Positions 59,033 to 64,000 of a DNA stretch of 64,000 nucleotides are shown one piece after another (positions within the stretch are counted from its first letter, which is position 1; every line of letters starts with the position of its first letter). The position numbers and the translations under genes are program-made. The DNA comes from a virus (lineage: Duplodnaviria > Heunggongvirae > Uroviricota > Caudoviricetes): the IMG/VR virus record IMGVR_UViG_3300042401_002002. One strand, given 5' to 3'. The notes below the pieces were generated by a model that searched no databases, had not been told where the DNA came from, and saw only the letters and a list, made by a program, of their open reading frames with translations.

Positions 59033-59091
59033 ATCATTTTACAAAACATAAACCTTATCAAGCTATTTAATTTAAACAACCTTAAATTATT

Positions 59092-59988
59092 ATGGCTCGT
59101 TACGGAACAAATAGATTAGCAACAATACAACCTACTGATGTAGAAATTTTTTACACATATAAAGCAGACAGAACAGTGGCACCAGACTTAACTAATGGAA
59201 TAAATACATTAAATAGTGCTACTGTCTTACAACCATACACAACAAATGGAACTGAATTATTTGGTGGTTTATATTCATTAAAATTACCTAGTTCAACATT
59301 TAATCAATTAGGAATTTACAACATTATCATTAAACCAAAACAAATAAGGGTTCAAATAACAGATTGTGGTTCATTATTTAATTTACCAAACGAAAAAGGT
59401 ATTGTTTTAAATTCAACATCAGCTGTTGATAATAATGGTAATCAAGTTGACTTAACTACTTTAGTTAACGATTTACCAGGTTATAGAATTGAATATCTTA
59501 ATAATGATACTTCATTAAAAACTAATTATTTCACTATTATCACAAGTGCAAACAAATGTGAACTTATTAGTAATAATAGTTCAAATAGTACACAAAAATC
59601 AGTTGCTTATAGATTAAATGACAGCGGTTCATTATTATTTTTATCAGTTACACCATCCACAGCTTCAACAACAAAACCAAATCAAAGACCATTTATTGGT
59701 GTACCAAATCAAAACATTATTTTAACAAATACATTTTTTAACCCTATAATGATTGAGGTTGAATTAACTGAATATACAGAAAATGAATTAGGTATCGGTT
59801 TATTTGGTGACCAAATTATTGACGAACAAAATGGTGTAGGTAGTTATTATAATCCTGATAAAACAATACTAAAACAAACTTTAATGTACGTAGTTGAAGA
59901 TGAAACAGGTAAACCTTTATATAGAGTTCGTGAAAATAAAACTCAAATAGATAACACACAAGATTTTAATACTATAACTACTTTGTAA
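59092..59988 (+). CDS. putative virion (baseplate/tail) structural protein
   Basis: 298 aa, T/N-rich, GCTATTTA late motif upstream. Confidence 0.55.
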   Translation: MARYGTNRLATIQPTDVEIFYTYKADRTVAPDLTNGINTLNSATVLQPYTTNGTELFGGLYSLKLPSSTFNQLGIYNIIIKPKQIRVQITDCGSLFNLPNEKGIVLNSTSAVDNNGNQVDLTTLVNDLPGYRIEYLNNDTSLKTNYFTIITSANKCELISNNSSNSTQKSVAYRLNDSGSLLFLSVTPSTASTTKPNQRPFIGVPNQNIILTNTFFNPIMIEVELTEYTENELGIGLFGDQIIDEQNGVGSYYNPDKTILKQTLMYVVEDETGKPLYRVRENKTQIDNTQDFNTITTL

Positions 59989-59989
59989 T

Positions 59990-60241
59990 ATGAAAATATT
60001 TTTTAAAAACAAAAAAGAGAGTTTTATTTACGATACTAATAAATCTAAAACAATAATAAAAACTATACACGAACTCATTGATTTTGTGTATGAAAAATTA
60101 GACGATAATTGGTATCTTTTTGAAATAGAAGATGGCACATTAAAACATTATCAAATTATTGATAGACTAAATAAAACTAAATGTACTTATGTTTATTCTA
60201 AATTAATTAAGAATAAACTTTATATAAAAAATGTTTATTAA
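59990..60241 (+). CDS. small hypothetical protein
   Basis: 83 aa, tightly packed between structural-type genes. Confidence 0.5.
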   Translation: MKIFFKNKKESFIYDTNKSKTIIKTIHELIDFVYEKLDDNWYLFEIEDGTLKHYQIIDRLNKTKCTYVYSKLIKNKLYIKNVY

Positions 60242-60243
60242 CT

Positions 60244-62679
60244 ATGAAAACATTAAGAATTAAAACTGACGTTAATAACCCAACAGATAAATATATTAAT
60301 ATCAAACTTGAACAAGATTTTGATATTATAAATATTTTATCAATGAATTTATCACAATCAGATGTTTATTCAACATTTAGTAGTGATACAGGTGTGGTAT
60401 GTGGTAGAATTAATAGTTTTTTTGTTGGTTTACCTAATGCAAAAGTTTCATTATTTATTCCTGTCTCTTCTGTTGAAAATAGACCTGATGTATTAGAACT
60501 ATATCCATTCAAAACCGTTAATGATACTGATAACAATGGTAAACGATATAATTTATTAAGTAGAATTAAAAAACTTAACCCATTTACTTATACTAAAGAG
60601 AATATTCTAGGTATTGGTTATACACCAAAAACTCCTGTTGGTTCTATACCTGATAAAAATGAATTATTAGTTAATAACACATGGATTGAAACTTACAAAG
60701 ATTATTACAAATTCACCACTACAACAAACGATAGTGGTGATTTTATGTTTACTAACATTCCAATAGGTACGTATAACTTACATGCTGAATTTGATATAAC
60801 AGATATTGGTAAGTATAGTACACCAGCACCTTTATTACAAAAAATAAATAATGTAAGTAAATCATTATATAACGAAGAAGGTAGTAAATTATTACCTAAT
60901 AATGATTTAAATTCAATGCCAAATATTTATAGTAGAAATGTTACAGTAAATGTTTTACCTTCATGGGGTGATAATACACAACAAGAAATAGACATTACAA
61001 GACAAGATATTGATTTTAAAGTAAAACTTACACCTGCTTTTACTGTTATCGGAAATGGTTTTACACAAGATGAAGATTCATTTTGGGGTGATAGAGTTTT
61101 ATTAAGAGTTTTATTTGCTATATCTAATTTATGTTTTGGTATTAATCAAGATTATACTGAAGAAAAAAAAGAATTTGTAACATTAAAATTTAGAATGAAA
61201 ATTCTAGGTAAATCTTTTGAATTAGGTTTTGGTAATAAATGGACAAGTAAAGCGCCACCTACAGCACTTTCGTTCAGAGTTGTTATTCCAGATGCTAGAC
61301 CTAGATTCAAGTTTGATATTGGACCTTATTATAAAGATAGAGTAAACGGTGGTCAGTTTGAATTAGCACCATTGGATTTTAAATTTCTAGGTTTTGGTAC
61401 AACTAAAGATGGTGCAGATGAAATAGGTTGTTGCAATTCATTTCCTGATTGCGGCGCTAACGCTGACACTATAACTGATAGGTTAAATCTAAACACATTT
61501 AGAACAGGTAAGATATTTACAAAATTATTTTCATATCAAGAAAATACTGATTTAACTGACCCATGTGTCGAAACAACAAATTCTGATTACATTGATTATT
61601 TAAAATCTGAATTAACAACTATTAATGAAAATAAATTTTATACATTTAATGAAGAGAAAGGTTCTTTTATTCACATAATACCTTGTAACAGAAAACGTGT
61701 TATAACTAATGAATTAGGTCAAGAAATTGAAACCGATGATTCAACAGTTGGTGTATTTACTGAATTTTCAGGTTCTATGATATATGAAATGGAAGATTTA
61801 TCTATAAAATCAACAGGTACTAGAATTGAAACGAATAGAGTTAAAATTAAAATACCACAAAATACTGACTATGATTATAATAATGATTTAAATAAAAATT
61901 TATGGGTTGTGAATTATTATACATTTAAATTAAATGAAGTGTATACAGTTTCTTGTTTTAATAATAGTTTACAGGAAGAATTTGTTAAAGGTGATAATTT
62001 CATTACGAAAGCTATAAATATAATAACAAAAGGTTCCACTGCAACAACTAACAAATATTATGCGCGTACAGGTTTATTTCTACCGAATATGTATGATAAA
62101 TTCACATTAAATTATACTGATGATGAACCTGAATATACAGGTAATAAGATTGACACTAAATATTATTTTAATCAATTCAATCTAACTAATATAAACGAAA
62201 ACAATTCACCTATATTTAATGATACCATAATACTAGGGACAGACAACTTATCTTCTGACACAATAAACCAAGAATGGATTACTGGCTCATTATTCTTTCA
62301 ACAATACGCAATTAAAAAACGTAGAAATAAAAAGAAAACCAAATACCCTAGTATATTATTCAATAATTATAAATTAGTGTTAAATAATAATGATAACATA
62401 GGTGCAAACGTAACTAATAGCAAAGGTTTATTATCAGGAACTATGTATCCAACAACATTTGTAAAATTAGGTTTAGAAACAACTGTAAATGGTAAAAATA
62501 TTACACAGAAAGATATTTTAATTGATTTATACAATAATAAAGATTTAGCTATGAATCTTGCTGGTAATGACAATATTAATACATTAATTTCAAATAATAT
62601 TAATAATAAATTTTTCATCAAAGGTATTAATACTGAGTCAAATATGATAAATAACTTAATTAAAAAAGATATTATTTAA
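60244..62679 (+). CDS. putative baseplate/tail structural protein with Ig-like domain
   Basis: GVVCGRI...LPNAKVSLFIP, TTTTNDSGDFMF..IPIG.Y. Confidence 0.6.
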   Translation: MKTLRIKTDVNNPTDKYINIKLEQDFDIINILSMNLSQSDVYSTFSSDTGVVCGRINSFFVGLPNAKVSLFIPVSSVENRPDVLELYPFKTVNDTDNNGKRYNLLSRIKKLNPFTYTKENILGIGYTPKTPVGSIPDKNELLVNNTWIETYKDYYKFTTTTNDSGDFMFTNIPIGTYNLHAEFDITDIGKYSTPAPLLQKINNVSKSLYNEEGSKLLPNNDLNSMPNIYSRNVTVNVLPSWGDNTQQEIDITRQDIDFKVKLTPAFTVIGNGFTQDEDSFWGDRVLLRVLFAISNLCFGINQDYTEEKKEFVTLKFRMKILGKSFELGFGNKWTSKAPPTALSFRVVIPDARPRFKFDIGPYYKDRVNGGQFELAPLDFKFLGFGTTKDGADEIGCCNSFPDCGANADTITDRLNLNTFRTGKIFTKLFSYQENTDLTDPCVETTNSDYIDYLKSELTTINENKFYTFNEEKGSFIHIIPCNRKRVITNELGQEIETDDSTVGVFTEFSGSMIYEMEDLSIKSTGTRIETNRVKIKIPQNTDYDYNNDLNKNLWVVNYYTFKLNEVYTVSCFNNSLQEEFVKGDNFITKAINIITKGSTATTNKYYARTGLFLPNMYDKFTLNYTDDEPEYTGNKIDTKYYFNQFNLTNINENNSPIFNDTIILGTDNLSSDTINQEWITGSLFFQQYAIKKRRNKKKTKYPSILFNNYKLVLNNNDNIGANVTNSKGLLSGTMYPTTFVKLGLETTVNGKNITQKDILIDLYNNKDLAMNLAGNDNINTLISNNINNKFFIKGINTESNMINNLIKKDII

Positions 62680-62697
62680 AATATTTTTGATAAAATG

Positions 62698-62729
62698 TTT
62701 GGTATTACAAAAATAAAACAGTAAGTTTG
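62698..62729 (+). promoter_or_regulatory. Bacteroidota-type promoter
   Basis: TTTG-N20-TAAGTTTG. Confidence 0.75.
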
Positions 62730-62755
62730 TTGTATGGATTAAATGAACTAATAAA

Positions 62756-63304
62756 ATGACAACAAATAAAATTCAAGTAACTGAAGCGTTACGTTTAAAA
62801 AAAGAAATATCTACTTATTTTAATAGAATTTCAAGTTTATATCACAGTAAAGTTTACTTCGGTACAACTACTATTGATAATGTAAAACAAAATGATTTGA
62901 TTGCTAATAAAATTTCAGCTTCAGATTATTTAGTTCATTTAGAAACATTATGTAATTTCTCTGAGGAAATAAATGATAAGTTATCTAACTTTAATAGAAC
63001 AACAAAAATTGATTCTTTAGTTAGAAGAAAAAGTAACTTACAACATCAGATTGATATTATTTCATTAGTATCTGAAAAATCTGTTGGTGTTGAAAAAGAA
63101 AGCACTACTATTACAGGTACTGGTGAAAAGGTTAAAACAATTACCAAATTCACGCCTACTTTGGATGTAAACAAAATCAAAGAAGATGTTTTGAAATTAA
63201 AATCTGAGGTTAGAGAAATTCAAAATAAAATTGATAAGTTAAATTTAAAAACTATTGACTTAAGTTTTGATTTTGAACAATTTGAAAAATTTAAATTAGT
63301 TTAA
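62756..63304 (+). CDS. coiled-coil hypothetical protein
   Basis: EAL.LKKEI N-terminus, C-terminal EIQNKIDKLN. Confidence 0.6.
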   Translation: MTTNKIQVTEALRLKKEISTYFNRISSLYHSKVYFGTTTIDNVKQNDLIANKISASDYLVHLETLCNFSEEINDKLSNFNRTTKIDSLVRRKSNLQHQIDIISLVSEKSVGVEKESTTITGTGEKVKTITKFTPTLDVNKIKEDVLKLKSEVREIQNKIDKLNLKTIDLSFDFEQFEKFKLV

Positions 63305-63306
63305 AA

Positions 63307-63843
63307 ATGGAACATTATGATTTGGTAGCATTAATACGAAAAACTATTAATGAAGAATTGAATAAAAAAGGTTTATTTGAAATGTCAATTTCAAAATCTG
63401 ACGCTATTAGAAAATTTAATAACTCAGCAGATGAGATAGTTGAACATTTATTTAAATTATTTATTTATCAAAACTCACCAAATTATAATAAATGGAAAAA
63501 AGAAATATCAACATTTGTCATACAAAGTGGTTCATTCACTGTAAAAACAGGTAATGGTAAATTAAAACAAAATGAATATTTTAATGGCATGTTTCAATAT
63601 ATTGAAACCGATATTGACAAAGAAAATAAATACAAGGTAGTTGTTAGTAAATTTAATTTAAACGCTCTTAGACGTGACATTAAAAATGTTGAACAACCTT
63701 TACCTTATGTTTATTTCATTAAATATATTGATGATATAATTAATACTATTACAGATATTTCTTTTTACTTAGCTGAAAATAAAAGTTTAGATGAAGGTAA
63801 AATAATTTTAATAATTAACAAACATTTACCTAAATTTAACTAA
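63307..63843 (+). CDS. hypothetical protein, DUF29-like segment
   Basis: IVEHLFKL...KWKKEI..F. Confidence 0.45.
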   Translation: MEHYDLVALIRKTINEELNKKGLFEMSISKSDAIRKFNNSADEIVEHLFKLFIYQNSPNYNKWKKEISTFVIQSGSFTVKTGNGKLKQNEYFNGMFQYIETDIDKENKYKVVVSKFNLNALRRDIKNVEQPLPYVYFIKYIDDIINTITDISFYLAENKSLDEGKIILIINKHLPKFN

Positions 63844-64000
63844 CTTAAAAATATTTATTCATCTCATCGGTTGCACCAAAATTTTTATAACTTTTTCTTG
63901 GTTGGAAAAATAAAAGTTATAACTTCTTAACCTACGGCTATTGGCTATCTGACGCAAGTTGTAAAAACGGTAAAGTTGTAATCTAGTAAATTAGTAAGTT

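Noticed and set aside
27546-59050. attC-like repeats as CRISPR repeats or IS terminal inverted repeats
   Set aside because: Units are ~130-bp hairpins without regular spacers. There is no transposase or target duplication, and AAC/GTT cores with swapped boxes fit cassette recombination better.
91-62621. Numerous 60-130-aa ORFs antisense or nested to long genes (e.g. 91..297, 3723..3965, 13799..14053, 46671..46925, 50316..50708, 55817..56017)
   Set aside because: Fully overlapped by well-supported genes, with composition typical of shadow frames.
1-64000. Alternative genetic code (TAG or TGA recoding) as in some large phages
   Set aside because: TAG ends ssb exactly at the DDLPF tail and ends other genes cleanly. 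Long genes are intact in code 11 and TGA is used as a stop.

Overview
Very AT-rich segment of a T4-like jumbo myovirus, read in standard code 11. The host is almost certainly Bacteroidota: many TTTG-N19-20-TAnnTTTG promoters, a Gln-exposing signal peptide and D-S/T-hydrophobic glycosylation sequons. Morphogenesis genes (major capsid, scaffold, prohead protease, tail sheath, baseplate wedge, neck proteins, two large tail fibres) share a sense-strand CTATTTA late-promoter motif. They are interleaved with islands of small host-RNAP-driven genes that often end in a shared hairpin family. Also present: SSB, RecA/UvsX, tRNA-Ser(GCT), an aberrant tRNA-like element, four free-standing homing-type endonucleases and two tnpB-only elements, one of them inserted in a homing endonuclease gene. 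The most striking feature is two copies, about 30 kb apart, of an integron-like unit (attC-like hairpin A, cargo, attC-like hairpin B). The core boxes are swapped exactly as expected after cassette insertion. Hairpin A contains a promoter and a start codon reading across the crossover point, and the two copies carry unrelated cargo. No integrase or CRISPR array lies in the window. All calls are from motif recognition by eye; no database searches were run.
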